Shown: positions 1-11,030 of the stretch, one piece after another
Layout: every line of letters starts with the position of its first letter
How positions within the stretch are numbered: position 1 is the stretch's first letter
Assembly (NCBI GenBank): GCA_047495785.1
Contig: JBLDXI010000060.1
Span: forward strand, 310,001-374,000
Source of the DNA: Lepidodermella squamata
Taxonomy: Eukaryota > Animalia > Gastrotricha
Direction of reading: 5' to 3'
DNA length: 64,000 nt
Program-made: the position numbers and the translations under genes
Notes under the pieces: model-generated
What the model saw: only the letters and a program-made list of their open reading frames with translations
Told to the model about the DNA's origin: nothing
Database searches by the model: none

Positions 1-682
1 ACAAGTCTCGGAATTTCCGTCCGATGCTCACAGAGGCAACAAGGAAAAATGCCAGTGAAAACATAAAACCAGTGTCGCTTATCAGGCTGTAACTGATATA
101 GAAAATTATTGATGCGAAATTCCAGATTTTCTCATCTTCGATCAGGTAGTTCAGCGGAGTTACCATTATACCGAAGGCGGCTCGATTCTCAATGAGAAGG
201 AAGGAAACTAGGGCAATGTTAAAAACCCATGAAAAGGCGAACGAAATGAAAACTGCTATGTTGAACCGGCGCCGCTTTTTGAGAATTGGTGTCATATCGA
301 GGATTTCGTCCTTGTATAGACATTCGCGCACATCTTTAACCTCCATGGAATGAACAAACTTGCCCTTACAGCTGCCCGAGAACAAATTCCATCGAACCAT
401 TGCAGCCATGAGTTGGTAGAAACCTATTGTTATGCAATAAAGCAAGCGGGATAGTGATGTGTTGCTCGCATTTGACCAGGCAAGGAATGAAAACACTCTC
501 ACTCCATTGATCCAAGCTATAGTAGTCATCGAAATCGCGTATGCTTTATAAGCTTTGGAGCTTGGACCATCGTAATCACTGGTGGGCCAATTCGGCAACA
601 GACCGAGGGCCTTCAACGGTATATACAACGGCTTGAAAGCTATGAAGTCATCAATGTAAGGTGGGTCAGATTTAGGAATCAT
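1..682 (-). CDS. Gustatory-receptor-like (7TMIC/GRL) protein, 3' end runs off the window
   Basis: ATG at 682 opens a frame with no stop down to base 1 (MIPKSDPPYIDDFIAFKPLYIPLKALGLLPNWP...EDEKIWNFASIIFYISYSLISDTGFMFSLAFFLVASVSIGRKFRDL). It is multi-TM and clearly paralogous to the gene at 809-3210, whose last exon carries the GR-type TY motif. Missing from the ORF track because no stop lies in the window. Confidence 0.7.
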   Translation of the reverse strand, partial: MIPKSDPPYIDDFIAFKPLYIPLKALGLLPNWPTSDYDGPSSKAYKAYAISMTTIAWINGVRVFSFLAWSNASNTSLSRLLYCITIGFYQLMAAMVRWNLFSGSCKGKFVHSMEVKDVRECLYKDEILDMTPILKKRRRFNIAVFISFAFSWVFNIALVSFLLIENRAAFGIMVTPLNYLIEDEKIWNFASIIFYISYSLISDTGFMFSLAFFLVASVSIGRKFRDL

Positions 683-808
683 GGTGCTATCGGTGAATGC
701 AACTGGCGTTCATCGCCTGTCGACCAGCTATCAGAATATGACGCATTTCCCACGCGAAAAAATAATGGATGGGTTTATTTTCAGTTCACATCTAAATGCA
801 GTAAACAA

Positions 809-3210
809 TTATTTATGCCAGTTCGCAGATTGATTGCTTGCGTTGAAATCCTCCCCTGTGGCCAGCAAAGCCTGGCGGCTTTTTTCGCCATAAATATAAT
901 CAATCATAACCAAAAAATAGGTTAGCAGACCAGCCAGTAGCTGTAGAATACGGCTATATGTATATATGTATTACTAGCTCTTACTCATGAACAGAGAAAA
1001 CTAATGGTGACAACTTGTCCTATGAGCATCGAAGGTCGGTAATTGCAAAATCAATAATTATATATAGGAATGAATTGTGAAGATAAATTATACCTGGATT
1101 TGTACTGTTGTTCCTTTCGATTGAAGTCTAAGATTATTGAACAATTTTTCTCGCACACGATCGGCATCGTGGCAGATGTAAGCCGATGGGGCGATGAATG
1201 CCATTAACACCCACATCGAAAAACCAGGCAGGTTGTTGTTTGATCAATTGAAAAACTGTTAGAGGAACCACCCCATGCCGCTTGGTACAAGTTAGCGACA
1301 GTTCCAATGTAGCCGAAGCTTATACTTGCAAGAGTTGCAAGAATTGAGAAAAACATGGTTCGATCTAATCTATTACGCGGCTTTTCACGAGATAGAGGTG
1401 CCGATCTCGTATGAGCTCTCGAAACTTGATTTCGGGATAATATTGTTGATTCTCGCAGCTCCAAGACATAGGTCGTATCTTGTATGCAGACAACTTTGAA
1501 TTTTTTTGTGATTTCATCAGATAAATGGCGAAATTTTCTGCCCAAAGTGTAAGAAGCCATGATAAAAAACGCGATTGATTGAAAACATTAACCCGCCGTC
1601 ACATACGACGCTTAACAACAAGAAAATGGTTAACGAGGCGAAAGTCCACAAGTGTTCGTCCTCAACCTTTTTGCCTCTCACGATCATTAGATACGTAACC
1701 ATACATAAGGGCGATTCACAAACTCGTGTTTTCCACATGAATGATGCAAAAGATTTTTTGCAGGCTCACTTGAATCATGAACGATGAACGAACCCCGCTC
1801 ACAAATTATTTTTCATAATTCATGATTCAAGAAGCTGTTTAGCCATTTTTTATATGCGCTATTTTAATCTAAAAAAGGAGTGCGCCCGCAGGGCGCAGAA
1901 CCCACGACACTGGGCATGATAGTTCGTGTTAAACCCACTGTGCCACCAGTGAGCTTTTGTTGATTTCAGCGTTAGCGTCATTATCACAGTGGTCCGAGGT
2001 AAGGCGGGTAAACAAACCCCCTCGGCGTTCGAAAATTTCTGAAAAACGTCTCCTATTCTCGTTATTAACTGTTAACTTAGATTTTCCGAGCTATTGGAAA
2101 AATTCGTTAAAAATTCGATTATTTTCCATAAAATCCATTCCATGAATAACATTATTTGACCTTTATCTTCGGCTAGAGCACTCTGATTGGGCCGATTAAT
2201 TATTCCAAACCGATTATAATTTTTTCAGAAGTATAAATCATTGGGGTTCAAACTATTCGATTCAGTCATTTTTGGCGATGATTTATCGGCTATTGCTATG
2301 AATCCGAAATTTGGTGTAATTGCTAGCGTTAAAGCGGGCAATGTAGTCTCAACAATGCGAAAATTTAATTCACGCTAGTTTTGCAGCTCTGATACTGCAA
2401 GTCAACAGCAAAATGGAATATGATGACAGTAACGAACTCAACCACCGAAGCTCGCTACTAGCATAATGGTTTAGCTCCAACCGTGCCAAATTAGTATCCT
2501 GGGTTCAGTGCTCGGTGGTGGCTTAGTTTTTTTTATTTTGGCTAATTCGCACACAAAAAAATCGCTATTTGAATCATGAATTATGACAAATAATTTATGA
2601 GCGGGTTTCGTTCATCGTTCATGATTCAAATGGCTTCTCGACCGTTTTTGCAAGAGATGAATTTTGCGCATAAAAAATGATCAATGAATCATGAATGTGT
2701 ATTTTACACACGAGTTTGTGAACCCCACTATATATTGCATAAGAAACGACTCAGTATAAAAGTGATACAGCGGCGTAGTAGTTGTGTCGACTCGGCCAAA
2801 TTGCTTCGAGCTTTGAGGTTCGATTTCTCGTTACTACAAAGCGGCTGCTGCATGTATCGTAAGCTCAGCGCATCGTTGAGTTTCTGTCTCCAGCAATCTA
2901 GTAGCATGTTCCATCTGAAAATGGCAGAAATCAGTTGGAATAGCCCAATGACTATCCCAGGTAAATGAGATTGAACAAACAGATGATGCGAGGTATCAAC
3001 CCAGTAGTATGCCGCAAATATTCGTACCCCATCCACCCGTGCTATTACTTGCAGCGCTATCGCGTATGTGTTATACAGGACAGAACTTTCGCCGTCTAAA
3101 CCATGGGCAGGCCAGTTTGGCAGCAAGTCTAAAATTAAAATCTTCAATGGGTGATATAGCGGTCGAAAATCGCGGAAATCCGTAGTAACATAGCGCTGCC
3201 TTTTTGCCAT
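809..3210 (-). pseudogene. Gustatory-receptor-like (7TMIC/GRL) pseudogene
   Basis: N-terminus (DFRDFRPLYHPLKIL..LLPNWP) and middle (EDEHLWTFASL..DGGLMFS / MASYTLGRKFRHL) align with the 1-682 gene. The last exon 809-940 reads LLAGLLTYFLVMIDY (TYhhhh motif of GR TM7) after a phase-0 acceptor. Disrupted by a ~1 kb inverted-repeat element (1709-2728) and a 4-bp duplication frameshift near 1573-1581. Confidence 0.7.
1709..2728. mobile_element. Non-autonomous foldback/MITE element (PIF/Harbinger-like ends)
   Basis: TIR core ttcacaaactcgtgt (~1715-1729) vs acacgagtttgtgaa (2708-2722); second inverted pair ~1770-1812 vs ~2589-2630; flanked by taa/tat; interrupts the GRL coding sequence. Confidence 0.75.
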
Positions 3211-3835
3211 TAATGTCAACGGATAAAAATATATTTTTGAAATTCCAATTCAGAACCTGTGGAAGATTTTGGCGTTATTTGAGATCTTTATAATCGGCAA
3301 AGGAATTCAGTATCCGCAAAGGAGTTCTGTATCCGCATTGGGAATTCAATCCTTCTTCAATTTTATGGCTTTAAAGTAGCATGGAGCTCTCATCAATTAC
3401 TGGACTCCGAATGGAACTCCAGGAACATTCAAACCCACGAAAATCCCAACCAAAAATCCCTCGATTGAGTTCTACTAGGTCATTTTATTAACATCCACGG
3501 AGATGTAACCTGACTTCGGATCTTGATCGTAATGACAATGCTAATATAGCTGAGTCTCCAGGCTAATTTCCATTATTATTCGTTGCGGATTTGCCGCAAA
3601 TCACCATACTAAACAGACGAGAACTTGTAATAACATGGCTAATAAAACATTGACACAACAGATATTGCTATTTCTAATAAGCTGCTTAAACGAGTACTGA
3701 CGTGGGCTCTTATCGGCCGGAGTCGAGTGTGAACTCAGTCGGGCGTGGTATTTACATTAATAGCAAGCATATTGTTTCTCAGCCTTAATGGCTATGCAAC
3801 AGCACGAATTGGCAGTCTAGCTGTTTCCATCCAAA

Positions 3836-4934
3836 ATGATAGACTTTGCACACTATATCGCTGCTGCTTGTTTGATTTGTCTTGCGACAGGTAAATGTTG
3901 TTACGAAAAAATCTTCAAGATAAAATACTCCTAAATGTTTAGCCGCAACTACATCGACTCAGCCATGTGAAGGGGTCGAATGCGCTGGTAAGCGAAATAA
4001 ATACGAGCATACGTACTGCATTGTCCGCATGTTCGACCCGACCGATGCGAAAAAGCTGCACTACCTTGTCCAGCAGGATATTGACACTAAACTACCAGAG
4101 TGGTCGATGTATTTCCAGAAGAAATCAAGCGCCCCGAAAAACAGCACAAGGAGCCGTGATTTTCGCGAACATGAATGTAAGACGAGCTTGAAGGGCTTCC
4201 AAAAAGGCACGTCGTACTATGACAACGTGCCTCGTCACCCGATTGAGACCGGGAAATACGGACCTTTGGCTATTTTCCATAAGGGCCATCTCACCCCGGC
4301 TGATGCTTTCAGCGAGAATCAAGCTCTGATGGACAACACTTTCTACTACATCAACGCCGCCCCGCAAATCGCCGATATGAACCGAGCCTGGTTCAACGTC
4401 GAAGATGCATCGAAAGATTTCATCAATGAAAGGTCAACCAGCAATGGCGGTTTCATCATCACCGGTGTTTATCACTCGGATAGCGATGACGTCCCAGATT
4501 ATTTCTGGAAGATAGTCTGCACCAAGATTGACAGCGGTGTCGCTGCTGGTTTCTTCTACCATAGCAACGTTATCCCTGATGGCGGTAAAGACAATTACTG
4601 CCCAGTCATCAATCGCTACATCGACGACATGGTCGTTCCTCGTGACATGGATCAGTTCGAGAAAATGTTCCCATTGCTGAGCCTGAGCGACATCTGGGAA
4701 AAGTGGAGCAAATACGGAGCTAGTTACTACCCAGACGCCGAGCATCAGGTTCTGATCAAGTCGTGCAAGGCAGCGAAGAAGTTGCCGACATGTGTTGACG
4801 TCGATTTTCCGACACCCACGAAAAAGTCATGCGGTGACACTAGCGAAGGCGCGCCCGCTAAGACTTCAAAAAAGAAGACCACTACAACTCCGAAACCTTG
4901 CAAGCCTCGCAGAGCTAGAAAATCTGGAAAATAA
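3836..4934 (+). CDS. Secreted DNA/RNA non-specific endonuclease (His-Me finger, NucA/EndoG/ENDOD1-like)
   Basis: Signal-peptide exon 3836-3890, GT-AG intron 3891-3942, in-frame exon 2 with HKGHLTP...TFYYINAAPQ...N..W and ITG...VPDYFWK motifs; Lys/Thr/Arg-rich C-terminal tail. Confidence 0.85.
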
Positions 4935-5071
4935 ACCCAACTGCGTTACTTTAAATTAAGCATGATGCATGGCTTCACCGGTGAAATTTATTTAGCCCAC
5001 TTTTCCACAGCGGAAATAAAGATCTTGCTTCAACATGCTTTTATTTTGAGGCTTACCTGACATTGATAGGT

Positions 5072-6387
5072 TCAATTGGTCATTTTACTCATGTAAACGA
5101 TGATAACCAAAAGACCGCACAAGAAAGATATCGCAGCGGCAATAATGTCAATGAAACGAATCACACGAATTCCAGTGCCGTCATCTCTTTCAAACACGAG
5201 TCGTTTCATCGAACGGAATTTCGCAATGTAACACGCAACTAGGGCGTAAACTGTTATAACCACGCAAATAAGCATCAGATACGTGACAATATTGATGAGG
5301 TAAACTTCCTCGGCCGTGCGAGGGATCAAAGTAGAAACAAGGGTCAGCACCACGGCCAGTGCCAGGTTGACTGTAACGCAGAACCCGGGTCGGTCTGGAT
5401 GGCGTGGATCCATCAATAACCCGGCAACTTGAAGCAAGAACAGCGTCAAGGTGGGCAAAAACACATTGCCAATGTAGTATTCATATTTCCGCTTCAGAGT
5501 CAGCTTCAGAGAAACGTGATCAAAACCACCAGCGTCGAAGACAGTTCCGTTGTAGCTTACAAAATTCCAGATATCGTCAGCACGGAGTGGAGCGTAAGTA
5601 TCTATCAAAGTCACTTGCTCAAGATTGATAGTGACTTCGTTGTTCGTATTTTCATTTTCAAATTCGTAGTTGCACCAAGCCGTGTCGAATGGAAATTTCG
5701 TGTATTTGAAGCCGAAACACATCGATGTGAATGGACGAACGCAATAGATGACGAATCTAGGCATTGAACCGCGAAAAGGCCTGACCTTAACCAGAATCTC
5801 CCTGGGAACGAGTGGAGAGTTTTAAGCCTTCAAGTAAGTGTTCTCAATTGAATACCCTCGAAGAGGTCTCGATTCTCCTATAGCATTAATATGCTGCATA
5901 TCAGGCCACCACACCTCTTCCTTTGGGACTTCGAACTGCAGTCGATCGAGTAAACTTTGGGAGTAGTTTTGATAGCCTGGCAACAGGTCTGACCGAATGT
6001 CTCGGCCGCATGGCATATCCCACAAGATGCGCAAAGTCATTGACACAGTAATGCTGTACTCGAAAGTCTAATTTGATGAAATTAATAAAACAATTGGCTG
6101 TAGTACCTCATCGATTCATCGTTGACTTCCGTTATTTGCAGAATTCTTGAAACCAAGTAGCTTCGAATCGGTAATTTGAAGTTATTAGTTTGCAAGTGAT
6201 AAGCCGCTGGCAAGTTGTTAGCCCTGGCAATTGGGCACAGTTGGAAAAAGCGATCTCTCATTTCATTGACTCTAACATCGTCAGGAAGCTGTTCTTGGGC
6301 ATCCCCTTCGGCCTTTTGACCTCTAACAGCTGCGTTTAGAGTAAATAATGCCATAAAACGAGTTACGATAGTAATGAGCAACGCCAT
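5072..6387 (-). CDS. Divergent pentameric ligand-gated (Cys-loop) ion channel subunit, copy 1
   Basis: Three exons joined by ~50 bp introns (near 6105-6057 and 5854-5803); signal peptide, loop A VWWPDMQHINA, Cys loop CFGFKYTKFPFDTAWC, LKRK pre-M1, four TM helices with a very short M3-M4 linker. Confidence 0.85.
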
Positions 6388-6844
6388 TTCTCTTGCAGAT
6401 AAATTATAGAATGTGGGCTACCCCCAAGGCATTCACAATTCGGGACTCGTATTTAGGCCGCGCTACGAACAGAATCGCGTGTAGTTTTCTTCGAGTTTAA
6501 AGCCCTTTCATCCGCCGAGCGTGACTAATTATCGGCACTTCTTCTCATCGCAATTCATCACTTCGCGTTTATATTCAAATTAGCACGCTTCTTTTCAGTC
6601 CAATGTTCTTGGTTTCTCGTATTCCTTATTCAGTCGGAGATCCGCTTTAAAGAAATTTTATCAAAACAAAATCGCCTCTTAAAGATTAGTGACAACAAAG
6701 ACCGTTTCATATTATGAGAATCTTGTTCCAGTTAGCGAAGATGACGAATAAAGAACGTCTTAGATCTTATAGTTATATAGGTGTATATGTTTTTATAGGT
6801 TTCAAGTATTTTTTAATTTAAATTGCTTCATACACATAAGCAAT

Positions 6845-8038
6845 TCAATGCCCGACGGGAGTAATCTGAGATACTTTTTTCCATGTGAATAGTTTTTTAA
6901 TTCGATCTTTAGCCGTTGAAATTGCGTTCGGTTTTAAACTGAGAATGAGTGGAGTAACAGATACTTGGAACATGACCGCAACTACGGATAATCTGCTCAA
7001 CCATGGGGCCAACCAAACCGGACCCACGCTATCATAAAGAGTAATCGCTATAAAACTGAATGATATCGGACAGTTGAAAACGCTAAACAGCAATAAAGAG
7101 CCGATGGCTTGTTTGACCAAAAATATTTCCCGCCTCCGCCAGTCTTGTCGAACTTTCGAGTCACGATGTGCCTGCCCTGACGTGAGAGATTTGAACTTGA
7201 AGTAGATAATTCTAAATAACATAACGATATGTTAATGGCAACTGGGCAGAAACGGCCTTGGACTTTACCCGTAGTTGTAGGCGACGCCGGTATTCACGAC
7301 GATGAAAATTCCGCCGATGTACGACGCTTGTATCACCGAAGTATCGATTTTGTGGTACAATCTACGCGGAAACATAGCGCAAAAAGGCACAGCCGTACCA
7401 TTTCTGATATTTGGTACACTGATATGTTGTACTGAGAAAGTTTGGAACGGGTGAATGAATACGGTGAACCAAAGAGCCGCACAAATAAGAATAAGACACA
7501 TCGCTAGCATCACCATCTGAAACACAGTTGAACTGTTGCGATTAGTTCGAAATGTACTTTATTGCAAGCTCACCCTTTTGGAATTCGGTCTAGAGTTGGG
7601 AGTGTTCGAGGTTATACAGATTCGCCTTTCGTAGCTTATAAGCATCATGTCGAATAAACTCACAGATCCAAAAACCATGACCGCGTAATAAGTCGCTGCG
7701 CAGGAGCTGTTATCGGCTTCCCAAAACCCCGTTTCAAGCGTCGCAAGAGCGCCGAGGAAAAAAGGTAGGCAAAACAGGAAATTACTAACGCCCGAAATGG
7801 CAGTCAGCATCAGGAAGTCCCGCTTAACTCCGCGTTTGTAATAGACATAACAGTTTAAAGTTGTGGTCACAGCCATCAGGCAGGTGAAAAAGCCGAGACA
7901 GGAGGTGAAAAGCAAGCGGTCTGTGTAGGAAGCATCTACATCTTGCAATGAGCCAATAAAATACGGTCTGGCTTCACCAAAGCCGGTGTCAGGAATGACA
8001 GCCCGAATCCAACAGCCTGAAATGGCGGATTGATTCAT
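6845..8038 (-). CDS. Class A (rhodopsin-like) GPCR, copy 1, FFAR4/GPR120-like features
   Basis: Three exons (8038-~7573, ~7517-7268, ~7212-6845); W..C in ECL1/TM3, GSVS...ISYERRICI at the end of TM3, ECL2 Cys, seven hydrophobic segments; NPxxY degenerate (VTPLIL). Confidence 0.8.
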
Positions 8039-8088
8039 TTCAATGACAAGTACTTCAGTGTGTACTCAAAGCTGGGGCCGCGGAAGAG

Positions 8089-8132
8089 GAGTGTGTGTGT
8101 GTGTGTTTGTGTGTTTGTGTGGTTTGTGTGTG
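8089..8132. repeat. Imperfect (GT)n microsatellite
   Basis: gtgtgtgtgtgtgtgtttgtgtgtttgtgtggtttgtgtgtg just upstream of the GPCR start. Confidence 0.8.
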
Positions 8133-9639
8133 CTAAAGTATAACGAAATTCACTCTTGGATGCGTGCTTCACGAACGCCGCTAAATAAGCCGTATCTGTT
8201 TCATGTTCAATCCGATGTAAACGGATAATAATGCTTATTATTTCTCTTCCCCGCGAATAAGCATCTATATCCTCACGGGGTTGAGGAATATGAAGGCAAG
8301 AAAACTGGATTTATCTAGTGTTGCATCTTTCCATTGTGCAGATGGCGAGATGATTAATGATTACATTTTTCGAAACGGATGGGCTATTTGGCTGAAACAC
8401 CATCACATCTTTTACATGATGAATTATTCGCGTTTGTTAAGGAGTGTTTAAATAGCGGAAGAATAGTGTTGCAATAGTCATTTTATTCAAAAAATCAGTC
8501 CGCGGATGAGCAATCAAGTCGTTAAAAAAAAATCTACGTTACAAATCAAAGTTGGCAACCAAACGCTCAAGAAGACTTGCAGGTGAAATGACTGGTGGCC
8601 ACGGTAAAAAATCTCTTTGAAGATCTGGAATGTATTTTTTGCAGGTTTTAGTTCCAGAAAATGAACATTCCCAGGCCGGCATGAGCAATTTCGACTAATT
8701 CGAACAACTCATCCGAACAATTCGATATGACCCCTTTCCTCGCCTGTCTTCCTCGCATTTTCCAATCCCATTTCAGTTTGCAACTTATTACTTTTCTCTT
8801 GACTCATATCGGTCCGAGTTTTGGAAAACTCCGACGTTTAGAATTTGTAGTTCTGAAATCCCTTCACAAGGCAGAGGAATATTTCTTGCCGCGCTACCCA
8901 ATGCCCGTAAATCCTGCTTAATCGATATATTGCTAATTATGGTCAAAAGGACACCTTTAACGACATAGTTATGGTTAGATTTTCACTGCGGTTGTCCTGC
9001 GGTAGTTGAGAGGTACGTTTTCGGTCGAAGCCCAGAAAACTTAGCGACATGCGACATTTCGTAATATGAGCGGAATTCGAATGTATGAAAGGCCTGAAAA
9101 TAACTAACCCTAACCTGTAGAGGCAGAAACAGCCGATGACACGGCTCGCGCTTCCATTTCCGCGGCTTTTTGAGCAGCTTTCACAGATCCATTCGAAAAT
9201 AATGTGGCAGTAACTGGAATTAATCGCAACATCTGAAAATTAAGAACGCGCGTGTCCTATAGCGTGGGCAGAGTTATGCAAGATAGTGTGCTTCGTGAAA
9301 ATATCTTCTTTTACTTGCGAGCTTGCAGCTTGCAGCTCGCATTAAATCGTTAGAAAGCCATGACGTTTAGGTATTCTATTATGTTGATCTGATTTCAATT
9401 TTTACCAGGTTCGCCACGACGGAAAATAGCGAACATCGATTTTGAGCAAATCTGTGAGCAAATAGTTATCTATATGAGAAATGTTCCTCACAGTGAATTC
9501 GCATAACAAAGTTTGACCTCGCGCCATCAAATATTCGGGTTAGTCTGTACAGGAAATTGGGCTTCAACGCTCGGTTGCCGAAATATTATGATCTTTGTTT
9601 TCATCTTGCATTTTTGTATATATAAAAAAGGAACGAGCC

Positions 9640-10887
9640 ATGAAATGCAGTCCTATCCTCATCGCCAGCTTTGTCCAAGTATGCGCTGCTTACTTGGATG
9701 TTTCAAAGATTCAACTGCCTCGCTTCGACAAGCTCATTGCATTCTGGCCAATGGACGCATACTCTGGTCTTGCAGGATTTACTAGAAAAAACGGAACGCT
9801 TCAACCATTGCCAACTAACAACACGGTTACATTTCGCCGGAACAATATTGTAAATACAGGTTACTACGCGACAAGAGCGGCCAAAATCGCGAGTTATATG
9901 ATACCCGAAATTCCGGGTTCGTTCACAGTTTCCGTGCATGCTGGCGACAGAATCAAACAGGCCTTCATCTTCGGCGACACACTTGGCTCACTTGTATTCG
10001 AGGGCTTATTCAACATTACGCAGTATAGTATTCACTTGAGAACAGGCCCGGATAGTTGGATGGCGGTAAATAGCCCTTTAAATGAATCGACAAAGAAATA
10101 CATCGATTGCCGCTCAATAGCTGTCACTTACGATAATCCTTCGAGTACAGTTGTTTTCTATGGAATGAATAACATCGATCAACAATTGTCGTACAAAAAT
10201 GCCACGATTCAACAAAAAATCTAAACCAATGGGACATCGCGTGAATTCGTGATAGGCAAAAGGAGCACTCCCGATCTTGTCGAGTTTCAAATTTCTTGAG
10301 TTTCATTGTACGAAGCCGCGTTAACAGCAGCTGAGGTGAAGGCGTTGTTTCTCACGCCGTGCCGTAACGCAGATTTATCCGCGATGGGCGAAATCGATCA
10401 GGTCGATATGAAAGACGTTCCACGCAGAGAAAATCTCATCGGATTTTGGCCTCTTTCGTTTGATTCAAAGTTACTCGGCTGGGACGGCGCTGGTAAAGTT
10501 ATTGTGCCTCGCCAGCCAAGCTCTTTCAATGCAAAGCGGATAAAATTCGAAGGTCCTTATGCACGGGGTAGCATTGCGTTGAATCTGACCAGCTCGGCAA
10601 TCAATCAAGCTGGCGGATTAGTTGCTTACGATGGCTTGCGAAGACCGGGATCTGGCTTCACGTTCGCATTCTACATCAAATCTCCGACTTGCGGTGAGAA
10701 TGGGCACGGAATAGTTACTATTGCTGGTCTCCTCGCCGTTCAATGTCAAATCACAAGCGTTCTCAACACGGAAATCAAGTTCCTTGACATATCTGGCAAA
10801 AAATCAGCGAAAATAAATATGTTCGGGAAAGCCCAGATGAAAATTTACCGCGATAATCTCGGCCTAAAATTTAGCTCATCTTTCTGA
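9640..10887 (+). pseudogene. Secreted tandem LamG/pentraxin-like (concanavalin A fold) protein, apparently pseudogenised
   Basis: Signal peptide MKCSPILIASFVQVCAA; two repeats starting LIAFWPMD and LIGFWPLS; domain end FVIG...IS*VSLYEAALTAAEVKALF. The two track ORFs share one frame and are separated by in-frame TAA (10222) and TGA (10297). The second domain runs into repetitive sequence at ~10795. Confidence 0.6.
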
Positions 10888-11030
10888 TACCCCCAAATAG
10901 GCGAAACACTTCGACCAAATATCGACGAAAAACATTCTCGGCCAAAATTTCAGCTAAATCTTTTGCTGAAATCACCAAATTTCGGCCAAACAGATTGACG
11001 AGACTTTCGGCGAAACTGCTTTGCGGGTTA
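10795..11030. repeat. Internally repetitive insertion truncating the LamG-like gene
   Basis: Repeated tctcggcc(t/a)aaattt..agct..atcttt / ttcggccaaa / ttcggcgaaa units; coding character is lost here. Confidence 0.4.

Noticed and set aside
1885-1954. Functional tRNA gene
   Set aside because: B box and stems are degenerate and it lies within a repeat; reported only as a tRNA-like cassette.
9101-9115. taactaaccctaacc as telomeric repeat
   Set aside because: Only about two imperfect units.
10297-10299. TGA as selenocysteine
   Set aside because: An in-frame TAA lies upstream, no SECIS was identified and the gene is truncated downstream.
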